Below are positions 48,092 to 57,592 of a DNA stretch of 64,000 nt, in pieces. Below the pieces are notes generated by a model, which saw nothing but the letters and a program-made list of their open reading frames with translations, searched no databases and was not told the origin of the DNA. The DNA comes from Promethearchaeota archaeon (GTDB lineage Archaea; Asgardarchaeota; Lokiarchaeia; Sigyniarchaeales; SOKP01), in assembly GCA_019058445.1 (NCBI GenBank), contig JAHPZA010000006.1, positions 1,212,220 through 1,276,219 of the forward strand, in the 5' to 3' direction. Within the stretch, counting starts at the first letter, position 1. Each line of letters opens with the position of its first letter. Made by a program: the position numbers and the translations under genes.

Positions 48092-49831
48092 ATGGTTAAT
48101 TTTAATGTGTTTTTTATGAAGACGGAAGCATATATTAATAAAATCGTTGAGGATACTGGTCTTACCAGAAATGAGATTAAAGTAAGGGTTGAAGAGAAAA
48201 AAAATGAATTAAAGGGATTAATTTCTGAAGAAGGGGCCTTATTTATTATTGCTAAAGAATTAGGCGTGGATGTAAAAGATGAAAACAAAGATTTATTAAA
48301 AGAAATTGACATAAACATAGCAGATATAACTACTAATATGAAAAATATCACAATAATTGGTAGAGTTAAACAAATAAATAAGATTTTTAATTTTAATAAA
48401 AAAGATGGTGGTACTGGGAAAGGCGGATCATTTATATTGCACGATATTACAGGTGACATTAAAATTGTAGTGTGGGATGATCATACAAAAGTTTTAGAAC
48501 AACCTGAATTTGAAAGAAATGAACTGGTTAAGATTTTAAATGGATACGCAAGAAAAGGAAAATATGAGGGAATCGAAGTTCATATTGGAAGATTAAGCAA
48601 GATTATTATCTCGCCTGAAGATGTAGATTATAAAAAATATCCAAAAATAAAAGAAGTATTTACTTCTATTAATGACATAAACTTATCTTTAAGTTCTGTT
48701 TCAATTGAGGGAAAAATAATGCAAATTTTCCCAGTTAAAGAATTTACCAGGAAAAATGGGGAAGATGGGAAAGTTTGTTCTTTAACAGTCATAGATTCTA
48801 CAGGAACAACAAAGGTTACTTTTTGGAATGAAGACACCGAAAGAATTGATGATTTAAAGGGAGGGGATATTGTTTCAATTACTAACTTAATTCCTCGGTT
48901 AAGTACTTTAGACTCAAAATCTATTGATCTCTTTGGTACTAGGTATACTAATATAACTAAAAAAGATAAAGAAATCAAAATTGAAGGAGACTTTATCGAA
49001 AAGATTAAAGACCTTCAGGAAAAACAAGGGATCGTTTCATTTCAAGGGATAATTTCTTCAGTTGATAATCTAAAAAAAGTTACTATGAAATCGGGTGAGG
49101 AAGTATTTTTATTAGGATTCATAATCAGCGATAAATCTGACGGGATAAGAGTGACTATTTGGCGTGAACAAGCAGAACAATATTCAGAAAAATTATCCAT
49201 TGGTAAAGGAATCTTAGCTAAAAATGTCTTAGTAAAATATAGCAACTTTTCGAATAGAAATGAAATTTCTTTAATAAAGGATTCAAGTTTGCAATTTATT
49301 GATTTAGAGATAAAAAATTTAAAAAATATTGAAACTCCAAGAAGAGATCTCAGTTCTAACTTCACTGGAAATTATACAAAAATTAATACGATTAACAATT
49401 CTGGTACTATGGAAATTAAGGGGTTTGTTGCAAAGGAGCTAAATAACATTACCATTTATGAAGCATGTCCTAATTGTTTTAAAAAAATCGAGAATTGTTC
49501 TTGTGAAGATAGACAAAAAACAGAACATAGAATGATTTTTAATCTTATAATAGATGATGGGAGTGGCACGATAAGAACAACATTTATTGGAGATACCGCA
49601 GAAAAATTTATGGGAGAAGAAACTGAAAAATTATTACAAATAAAAGAAACGCCTGACTTTGAAAAATTTTTAAACAAAAAATCATCTGAAATTCTTGGAA
49701 AGGATATTATTGTTAAGGGAAAAGCCAAATATAGCGAATATTCAAATTCATTTGAAATCGTTGCTTATGATTTTAAAGAGATCAGTATAAGCGATGAGTT
49801 AGAAAAAGTTATGAAAGAAATAGAAACCTAA
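48092..49831 (+). CDS. replication protein A large subunit (multiple OB folds plus Zn ribbon); start probably 48116
   Basis: GLISEEGALFIIAKELG, repeated DxTG/xxW OB folds, YEACPNC...CSC. Confidence 0.9.
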   Translation: MVNFNVFFMKTEAYINKIVEDTGLTRNEIKVRVEEKKNELKGLISEEGALFIIAKELGVDVKDENKDLLKEIDINIADITTNMKNITIIGRVKQINKIFNFNKKDGGTGKGGSFILHDITGDIKIVVWDDHTKVLEQPEFERNELVKILNGYARKGKYEGIEVHIGRLSKIIISPEDVDYKKYPKIKEVFTSINDINLSLSSVSIEGKIMQIFPVKEFTRKNGEDGKVCSLTVIDSTGTTKVTFWNEDTERIDDLKGGDIVSITNLIPRLSTLDSKSIDLFGTRYTNITKKDKEIKIEGDFIEKIKDLQEKQGIVSFQGIISSVDNLKKVTMKSGEEVFLLGFIISDKSDGIRVTIWREQAEQYSEKLSIGKGILAKNVLVKYSNFSNRNEISLIKDSSLQFIDLEIKNLKNIETPRRDLSSNFTGNYTKINTINNSGTMEIKGFVAKELNNITIYEACPNCFKKIENCSCEDRQKTEHRMIFNLIIDDGSGTIRTTFIGDTAEKFMGEETEKLLQIKETPDFEKFLNKKSSEILGKDIIVKGKAKYSEYSNSFEIVAYDFKEISISDELEKVMKEIET

Positions 49832-49952
49832 TTTTCAATAAATTACTAACTTTTTTTAATAATTTAAATCTAATTAATAATAAGATTTAGATTTGTTCTA
49901 ATTAGGTTTTTGATAATTCAGACTAATTTAATTCATTTCGTGTGTTCTCAAT

Positions 49953-50888
49953 ATGAAGAAGGTTGATATAATTGGTTTAGGGGAGGTTGTGGTAGATTGG
50001 GTAACTGAGGTCCCACATTTTCCAAAACCTGATGAGAAAATAGATGCTATTAGTGAGAATTATTTTTCCGGTGGTGTAACTGCGAATTATTTAGTTTCTA
50101 TAGCACGACTTGGAGTATCTTGTGGATTCATTGGTGCTGTCGGAGATGATTCTTATGGAGATTTTTTAATTGAAGATTTTGTTAATGAAAAAGTGGATAC
50201 TTCATTAACATTAAAAAAAACCGGGAAGAAAACACCAGTCAATTTTATTTTTGTAACTAAAGGAGAAAAAACAATAATTCAATCACCCCATATGCAAACT
50301 ACAAAAATTGAGATATCCGATTTGGATAAAAACTATATTTTAAGCTCCAAACATTTGCATACTACTATGATTCATCCTATTATTACTAAAAAGGCAATTG
50401 AAATAGCGAAAGCAAATGATTTAACATTAAGTATAGATTTAGAATCTCAAATTGCTCAAAGAGGTTGGAATCGCCTGAAAGATGATTTACTTAAGAGCGA
50501 TATTTTAATCCCAAATAAAGAGGGTGCGAAATCTATTACAAAGAGTAATACACCGGAAGAAGCAGCTAACATATTAATTAAGAAAGGAATTCCAATTGTT
50601 ATTATAACTCTTGGAAATAAAGGTGCTTTAATTACTACAAAAGAATATCAAAAAATTATACCAACTTATAATATTGAAAAAATTATAGACACAACAGGAG
50701 CGGGTGATGCATTTAATGGAGCTTTTTCAGTGGGTTATTGGATTAAGGAATGGGACCTAGAAAAATCCTGTAGATTCGGTAATGCCGCCGCATCTTTAAA
50801 AATTCAAAAGTTAGGTGCGAGAACAGGAATGCCAAATGAGAAAGAATTAATCCAATTTCTAAAGAAGAATGATGATCCTTTTTTCTAA
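49953..50888 (+). CDS. PfkB/ribokinase-family carbohydrate kinase
   Basis: GAVGDDSYG, PNKEG, ITLGNKG, DTTGAGDAF. Confidence 0.93.
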   Translation: MKKVDIIGLGEVVVDWVTEVPHFPKPDEKIDAISENYFSGGVTANYLVSIARLGVSCGFIGAVGDDSYGDFLIEDFVNEKVDTSLTLKKTGKKTPVNFIFVTKGEKTIIQSPHMQTTKIEISDLDKNYILSSKHLHTTMIHPIITKKAIEIAKANDLTLSIDLESQIAQRGWNRLKDDLLKSDILIPNKEGAKSITKSNTPEEAANILIKKGIPIVIITLGNKGALITTKEYQKIIPTYNIEKIIDTTGAGDAFNGAFSVGYWIKEWDLEKSCRFGNAAASLKIQKLGARTGMPNEKELIQFLKKNDDPFF

Positions 50889-51105
50889 TTTTCAATTTTT
50901 TTTAATTTCCCATCATATTCCCTCAGAGAATCGAAAGATTTAAATATTTAAATTATATATTATACTTTGTTACACGGGTTGCGTAGGAGTTTCAGTCACA
51001 TTAATTAATATTTATCAACTTACTTGGATTTTTATTCACGATTAATAACGAGAGCTTGGTATTTAAATAATTTAATTTAAAATTTTATAAAGAGGTATAA
51101 AAATT

Positions 51106-51999
51106 ATGGAAATAAAATCAGAATTTAGTAATTTAGCAAATTTATGCCCTGAATGTGGGGGTAAGATAATTTCACTTCAAGAAAAGGGGGAGATTGTATG
51201 TGGTCAGTGTGGTTTAGTATTAGGTGAAAGAATTTTAGATATTTATCATAGTGGCAAACGTGCCTTTACGAAACAAGAGAAGGAAAAAAGAGAGAGGACA
51301 GGATCTCCCATTTCAATTTTATTGCCTGACATGGGATTGAGTACAGTTATAGATAAAAACAGTATTAAAAATCCTGACTTAAAAAGAGCTGCCAAATGGA
51401 ATTCTCGAATGACCTGGGATAAAAGAAATATGTTAATTGCGACTACTGAATTGAAAAGAATTGGCAGTAACTTAAATTTACCAGATCATATCAAAAAAGA
51501 GGCAATTCGGCTTTATAAAGAAGCATTTAAAAGAAAATTACTCAGAGGGCGATCTATTAATGGGATGGTCGCTGCATGTTTATATTTTGCATGTAGGGAA
51601 AAAAAAATTCCTAGAACTCTTCAAGAAATTTTAGATGAAACCTCTGAAAGTGCTAAGAATGTGAGAAGATGTTATAGGACCTTAATAAGAGAATTAAATT
51701 TGAAAGTCCCATCTACAGATCCAATTTCACTCATTCCACGGTTTATTGCTGAATTAGGATTAGATACTAATGTAGAAAAAGCAACAATAAAAATCTTACA
51801 AACTTTTATAGGGAACTACTCGACAAGTGGTAAAGATCCAAAAGGATTATGTGCTGGAGCTTTATATTTAGTATGTAAAATGCACAATAAAAAAATATCA
51901 CAAAAGGAAATTGCTAATCTTGTTGGAGTGACCGAGGTCACCCTCAGGTCTCGATATAAAGAGTTAACCAAGAAACTGAATATTCAAATTGAACTATAA
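51106..51999 (+). CDS. tfb: transcription initiation factor IIB
   Basis: CPECGG...CGQCG Zn ribbon, RTGSP, GRSI, PRTL, VTEVTLRSRYKEL. Confidence 0.96.
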   Translation: MEIKSEFSNLANLCPECGGKIISLQEKGEIVCGQCGLVLGERILDIYHSGKRAFTKQEKEKRERTGSPISILLPDMGLSTVIDKNSIKNPDLKRAAKWNSRMTWDKRNMLIATTELKRIGSNLNLPDHIKKEAIRLYKEAFKRKLLRGRSINGMVAACLYFACREKKIPRTLQEILDETSESAKNVRRCYRTLIRELNLKVPSTDPISLIPRFIAELGLDTNVEKATIKILQTFIGNYSTSGKDPKGLCAGALYLVCKMHNKKISQKEIANLVGVTEVTLRSRYKELTKKLNIQIEL

Positions 52000-52011
52000 T
52001 TAACCCTTTTT

Positions 52012-52593
52012 CTAAATTTCTTTTTTTAACAATAATTTTATAAAATCTGGAAGAGTCAATAAATAACCTTGAGCATTAGGTAGTAAATTATTTATTTTAA
52101 TAAACAATTGAGTATAATGATGCGCTCTTTCTTTTTGCTCTAAAACGTCATTACGAGTTTGTTGTCTAATCATTTCAACGGGATTTCCTTTCATTACTGC
52201 CCGCGCAGGTATAACTAAGCCTGGGGGCACTTGACTTTTATTTAATATTACGGCCCCTTCTCCGATTGATGATTCTTCAAAAATTAAACTTCCCTCCATT
52301 ATTTGAACGTAGTCCTCCAAAAAACCGCCTAATAGTGAAACTCCCGTTTCTAATATACAATATCTACCAATATGTATCGGACTTTTTTGTGAACGAGTCA
52401 ATAAGATAACTCCATCGAAAATTGTTGAATATTCACCGATGTTGATTTGAGAATTTTCACCCCGAATAATTGAACCCGGCCATACAACTGCATTATCATT
52501 AATTACTACGTCTCCTATAAGTGTGCTCATTGCGGAGACGTACGCTTTCTCACTAATTTGGGGTTTTTTTCCATTATATTCGATTATTGTCAT
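52012..52593 (-). CDS. left-handed beta-helix protein of the gamma-carbonic-anhydrase fold, lacking the His ligands
   Basis: Hexapeptide repeats LIGDVVI..NAVVWPGSIIRG; the expected metal-binding His positions are substituted. Confidence 0.8.
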   Translation of the reverse strand: MTIIEYNGKKPQISEKAYVSAMSTLIGDVVINDNAVVWPGSIIRGENSQINIGEYSTIFDGVILLTRSQKSPIHIGRYCILETGVSLLGGFLEDYVQIMEGSLIFEESSIGEGAVILNKSQVPPGLVIPARAVMKGNPVEMIRQQTRNDVLEQKERAHHYTQLFIKINNLLPNAQGYLLTLPDFIKLLLKKEI

Positions 52594-52829
52594 GATTTTA
52601 ACATCTTTTTTTATATATTGAGAATTTAAATTTAATAATTAGGTATTATTAAACTCATTTAAACTTAAGTATGTTTAATTTATCTTAGATTTTTTTTCTT
52701 TTTAGTAAGATAAAAACTTCAAAAAGAAATATTTTTTTATAAAAAAAATATAAATATTTAAGCATTAAATAGCTTGATTAATGCAAGTTAAATTTACCAT
52801 TAACGAATAAAATACATCAGGTCTTTCTT

Positions 52830-53834
52830 ATGAGTGTTCGAGAATCCCTTATAAAGCATTTAACATCTATCTTACGGGCTTCTTCAAGCACGATTTTAGT
52901 CCTTCTTTGTGATCAGAATGGTTTATCAATAGCAAAAATCGGAAGGAAAAGCGACATCGATATAGATCCAAATCAAATTACCAGTCTTGCTTCTGCTGCC
53001 TTTTCTGCGAGCGCGGAAAACTGGGATGATCTGCATATCGCTGATCAAGTCATTTCTTTTTCTTATTTTGATAAAGTATGTTTAATAACAATTAGAATTA
53101 ATGAGACGCTTTTAACAATAGTTCATGATTATCATAAAGAATGGCCATTAGATGCGGATAATTTAGCCAGCTCCATGTATTATCTTAAATCAAAACTTAG
53201 TGAATTTTTCGGAAAATCTGATACAAATACAAAAGAAACAGAATTTGAGGAATTTTCAAATAGAGTGCGGAGTGCTATTTATCTATTTGGGATGGGAACT
53301 GAAGTTCCATTTGTATCTTATACACCAGAAGATGTTGACAAATCAAATTCTCTTCCGTTTATTAGTACTGTTTTAGATTCTGTTCAAAATCCAATTTTCA
53401 TTAGATATAGCTTAGTAGTGCCCTCTGGTTTAACGTTAGATGCTCGAGAAATTAGTGGTCAAAATTTACCGTTATCCGTTGAAGCCTTTTCTGCCAATGC
53501 TAATGTTGCTTTTCAAAAGATGAAAGAAGAATCGAAAGGGAGCTCAATAGGAGAACTTTTATGTTATATAGCAATTTCTGGTCAGAATCCTGAGAGATTT
53601 TATGGACTTATCACATGCCCCTCTGGTAAATTAAATTTCTCAGAAACTGAGGGTACTTCAAATATTGAAGATGTATCCTTTATAGGATTATTCACCTTGG
53701 AGTATGGAGGTATTCCAGTATTGGGAGAATCTAGAAATATTATATATTCAATTTTAGAAATTTTAGGCCAAGAAGTAATAACGGAAAATTTTATTAATGC
53801 AGTAAATGTTTTAACAAGTTCTAAATATGATTGA
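52830..53834 (+). CDS. roadblock/LC7 protein, probably with two roadblock-like domains
   Basis: LCDQNGLSIA...ITSLASAAF; second unit LVVPSGLTL...EAFSANANVAF. Confidence 0.75.
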   Translation: MSVRESLIKHLTSILRASSSTILVLLCDQNGLSIAKIGRKSDIDIDPNQITSLASAAFSASAENWDDLHIADQVISFSYFDKVCLITIRINETLLTIVHDYHKEWPLDADNLASSMYYLKSKLSEFFGKSDTNTKETEFEEFSNRVRSAIYLFGMGTEVPFVSYTPEDVDKSNSLPFISTVLDSVQNPIFIRYSLVVPSGLTLDAREISGQNLPLSVEAFSANANVAFQKMKEESKGSSIGELLCYIAISGQNPERFYGLITCPSGKLNFSETEGTSNIEDVSFIGLFTLEYGGIPVLGESRNIIYSILEILGQEVITENFINAVNVLTSSKYD

Positions 53835-54300
53835 GATGAATAATAAAAAATCATATAATCCCCTTCCAAATCTTTATTGTTTGCATTATAACGAATGTGA
53901 TCCAAAAAAATGTTCGGCCTTAAAGCTCAAAAAATTCAATCTTTTAAAAATAATATCTTCACTTAGAACATCTTTAAAGAATGCTATCGTATTAAATCCG
54001 CTTTCTCAGAATGAATTAACTGCCGATGATAGAGATCTAATCTTAAAATATGGTCTTATTGTACTTGATTGCTCATGGAAAAATTTACTTAAATTGAGAG
54101 ATTTTAAAGGGACAAATGGGCGTAGATTACCACCGCTTATTGCAGCAAACCCAGTAAATTATGGTAAATGGGAAAAATTGAGCTCTGCTGAGGCCATCGC
54201 TGCTGCGTTATTTATAACAAAATTTGAAGACGCTGCGAATTTGGTACTCTCAAAATTCTCTTGGGGAGTAGAATTTATAAAAATAAATAATTTAAAATAA
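53827..54300 (+). CDS. tsr3: 16S rRNA aminocarboxypropyltransferase Tsr3
   Basis: CDPKKCSALKL, LDCSW, RLPPLIAANPVNYG, LSSAEA, FSWG. Confidence 0.95.
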   Translation: MIEMNNKKSYNPLPNLYCLHYNECDPKKCSALKLKKFNLLKIISSLRTSLKNAIVLNPLSQNELTADDRDLILKYGLIVLDCSWKNLLKLRDFKGTNGRRLPPLIAANPVNYGKWEKLSSAEAIAAALFITKFEDAANLVLSKFSWGVEFIKINNLK

Positions 54301-54323
54301 AGAGAAAAAAAACTAAAAGATAT

Positions 54324-55928
54324 TTAGTCTTCACCACCCTTTGAAAGGGAGGAAGCTGCGATGACATCATCGATTTTTAATATCATAGATGCGACTTCTG
54401 TTGCAGATTGTATTGCTTGAGTTAAAACTAACAAAGGCTCAAGAACGCCTAAATTTACCATATTGTCAGGTTTACCTTGTTCAATGTTTATCCCATAAGA
54501 TGCCCCATCATCGGCTTCATGTTTAGATCTCATTTCTACAATTAAGTCAACGGGATTATATCCCGCATTTTCCACCAAAGTTTTAGGAATCACTTCTAAG
54601 GCGTTAGCATAAACTTCGATCGCTAATTGTTGTCTACCTCCAATTGATCTCGCATAGCTCCTTAAGCGCTTCGCTAATTCTATCTCAGAAGCTCCGCCAC
54701 CAGGTAAAATATATGGCAATTCCATAGCTGCTTTTACTACACTTAACGCATCATTTACCATTCTTTCAGCTTCATCAACTACATGTTCAATACCAGCTCT
54801 AATTAATATACTTACTGCTTTTGGATCCGCACATTCGGAGACAAAAATCATGTTGTCTTCACCAATTTTCTTTTCTTCGACTTTTCCAGCTTTACCTAAG
54901 TCACCTTCAGAAATCTCAAAGATGTTATTAACAATTTTCGCATTTGTAGCCCTTGCTAGCTTTTCCATATCAGAACGCTTAACTCTTCGTACCGTAAGAA
55001 TTCCATCTTTCGCCAGAAAGTTTTGAGCTTTATCATCAACTCCTTTTTGGCAAAATACGACGTTGGCACCACTTTCTTTTAATTTATCAACTCTAGATTT
55101 TAACATATGAGATTCTTCTTGTAGAAACTTATTAATTTGGTCAGGAGTCGAAATCTTTATTTCGGCATCGAATTCTGTTTTTTCTACTTCAAGAGCCGAA
55201 CTAATTAGTGCGATTTTAGCATCTTTGATGGATTTTGGCATCATGGGATGAACAACTTCCTTATCAACAATAATCCCATCGATAATTGACGTATCTAAGA
55301 GACTTTTTCCTTCTTTTTTAATTATCTGAATTTGATCCAAGTCAATTATTTTATAGTTACCTCGATCTTCTATGATCTGAGACACAGCATTAACAGCGAT
55401 ATCCGCAAAATGATTTTTTGCTCCAGCGATTAATTTACTATTCATTGATGTCTCTGCGACTTTAATTAGGGTGGCTTTATCATTTATGTCAATTTTAGTT
55501 GCGAGATCCTTTAATATATCTTTACTTTTTACAAGTGCCTTTCGATAACCTCGAAAAATTATTGTAGGATGAACTTGCTGTTCCATTAATTCTTCTGCAA
55601 GATTAAGTAACTCACCTGCAATAATTACGCTTGTAGTAGTTCCATCACCAACTTTGTCATCTTGAGTTTTAGCAATTTCAATAATCATTTTTGCTGCAGG
55701 ATGTTCTACATCAATCGTATCTAGAATTGTAGCACCATCATTAGTTATGGTAACGTCTCCTAAAGAATCAACAAGCATTTTATCCATTCCTTTTGGACCT
55801 AATGTTGTTCTAACAGCCTCAGTCACAGCTTTGGCAGCAGCTATATTATTTCTTTGGGCGTCTTTTCCTTGTTTTCTTTCAGCCCCTTCTCTTAGTATCA
55901 CTATAGGGACTCCACTTAATTGAGACAT
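54324..55928 (-). CDS. thermosome (group II chaperonin) subunit
   Basis: [38 protein letters not shown]. Confidence 0.98.
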   Translation of the reverse strand: MSQLSGVPIVILREGAERKQGKDAQRNNIAAAKAVTEAVRTTLGPKGMDKMLVDSLGDVTITNDGATILDTIDVEHPAAKMIIEIAKTQDDKVGDGTTTSVIIAGELLNLAEELMEQQVHPTIIFRGYRKALVKSKDILKDLATKIDINDKATLIKVAETSMNSKLIAGAKNHFADIAVNAVSQIIEDRGNYKIIDLDQIQIIKKEGKSLLDTSIIDGIIVDKEVVHPMMPKSIKDAKIALISSALEVEKTEFDAEIKISTPDQINKFLQEESHMLKSRVDKLKESGANVVFCQKGVDDKAQNFLAKDGILTVRRVKRSDMEKLARATNAKIVNNIFEISEGDLGKAGKVEEKKIGEDNMIFVSECADPKAVSILIRAGIEHVVDEAERMVNDALSVVKAAMELPYILPGGGASEIELAKRLRSYARSIGGRQQLAIEVYANALEVIPKTLVENAGYNPVDLIVEMRSKHEADDGASYGINIEQGKPDNMVNLGVLEPLLVLTQAIQSATEVASMILKIDDVIAASSLSKGGED

Positions 55929-56067
55929 TTTATTTTCACTTTTTTGATCTTTAATTAAATATTTTATTTATATAGATCTCTAAATCATAAAAAAAGTTTT
56001 CGAAAATGAAATAATTAATGAAGAAAGTGAGAAATAAGATTTTATTTCTATTTTTTAAAATTAAAGA

Positions 56068-57552
56068 TTATGAGATTAGTCTCTTAATTATAGCTTCCCT
56101 CTGTAATGTCGCATCTTTGATTTTTTCAACCCTCTTAATATGTTTATTATTGAAAGCCTCTCTTTGTTTGTCTAATACTTTAATGGTTTTTTTAACTTCA
56201 CTTATTGACGGGGAACCTTGACTTATTCGATTTTCTAGACATTTTTCTAAATTTTGGATGTTTTGAATGAAATTGGGTGGCAAATCTATCTTTTGCTTAT
56301 AAATTTTTTTAATTAAAGACTCAATTTTTTCCTTATCCATTATATCTTTCGGGTTACTTGACTCTTTTACCAAATTCCCCACAATCTTATGAGAAAGTCT
56401 AAAAGGGATATTAAACAAGTGTACTAAAGACTCTGCTATTTCCAATGCTAAAATATAGCTCTCATCTATCGTTTTAATCATATTTACTTCATTAATTTTA
56501 ATTGTTTTAAAAATCCCGCTAAAAATTTCTATAATGGAAAAAAGTGTATCAAATGAATTTTTTAATAAGGGTTTTAATTCTTGAAAATCTTTAAAATATC
56601 CAGAGGGGATGGCTTTAATTATCATTGAAGCGGAGAAATGATCAGAAATAATTTTAGCGGTTTTACTTCGAATTAACTCGAGAGTATCAGGATTTTTTTT
56701 ATGGGGCATAACACTTGATACGGAACAATATTGTTCATCCAGATCTATAAATTGAAATTCCTTAGTAGACCAAATTAATAAATCTTCAGCAATTCTCGAG
56801 AATTGGAGTGAGATTAACGAATTTACCATTAACACTTCATAAATATAATCTCTGGAGCTAATGGCATCAATGGAATTTTCAATGATACCATCAAAACCTA
56901 ATAATTCAGCAGTTCTTGTTCTCTCTATATTTATACTTGTTCCTCCAATAGCACATGCACCTAGAGGGCTTTTATTAATTCGATTATAAACTTCTTCAAT
57001 CCGTTCCAAGGATCTAATGATTTGAGAGATATAGTTATTAATATAATGAGCGAATACTCCTAATTGCCCTCGCTGAAAGTGAGTGTAAAGCGGCACATAA
57101 GCCTTAATGGTTTTTTGTGATAAGTTTAATAACACTTCAATAAAACCAATGAGTTTTTCAGAAAGTTCATTTAATTCGTTTCTAATTTTTAATCTTATAT
57201 CTACGGAAACCTGATCATTCCTTGATCTGCCGGTGTGAAGCTTACCTCCGATGTCAATTCCAATTTCGTCAATAACACACTTTTCAATGAAGGGATGAAT
57301 ATCTTCAAAATCATTGTTTATCTTTAGTTTACCATTTACTAAGTTTTTTCTAATATTTTCAAGGGATGATAATATCTCCTTTATTTCATTTTTCGTGAGA
57401 ATCTTCTGTTCGTAGAGCATAATATTATGCGCCTCAGTGCCGATAATATCTTCTTCAGCAATCCATAAATCATCTTTTATTGAGGATATAAAGTTTACTA
57501 CATTCTCATTTAACGGTGCATCCAGCCTTTCCCTATATATATCCTTTTTCAT
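56068..57552 (-). CDS. argH: argininosuccinate lyase
   Basis: LHTGRSRNDQV, SPLGACA, SSVMPHKKNPD. Confidence 0.95.
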   Translation of the reverse strand: MKKDIYRERLDAPLNENVVNFISSIKDDLWIAEEDIIGTEAHNIMLYEQKILTKNEIKEILSSLENIRKNLVNGKLKINNDFEDIHPFIEKCVIDEIGIDIGGKLHTGRSRNDQVSVDIRLKIRNELNELSEKLIGFIEVLLNLSQKTIKAYVPLYTHFQRGQLGVFAHYINNYISQIIRSLERIEEVYNRINKSPLGACAIGGTSINIERTRTAELLGFDGIIENSIDAISSRDYIYEVLMVNSLISLQFSRIAEDLLIWSTKEFQFIDLDEQYCSVSSVMPHKKNPDTLELIRSKTAKIISDHFSASMIIKAIPSGYFKDFQELKPLLKNSFDTLFSIIEIFSGIFKTIKINEVNMIKTIDESYILALEIAESLVHLFNIPFRLSHKIVGNLVKESSNPKDIMDKEKIESLIKKIYKQKIDLPPNFIQNIQNLEKCLENRISQGSPSISEVKKTIKVLDKQREAFNNKHIKRVEKIKDATLQREAIIKRLIS

Positions 57553-57592
57553 GGTAGGTCTCTAAAATTTAGTGAACTTTTTATTATTTTAA

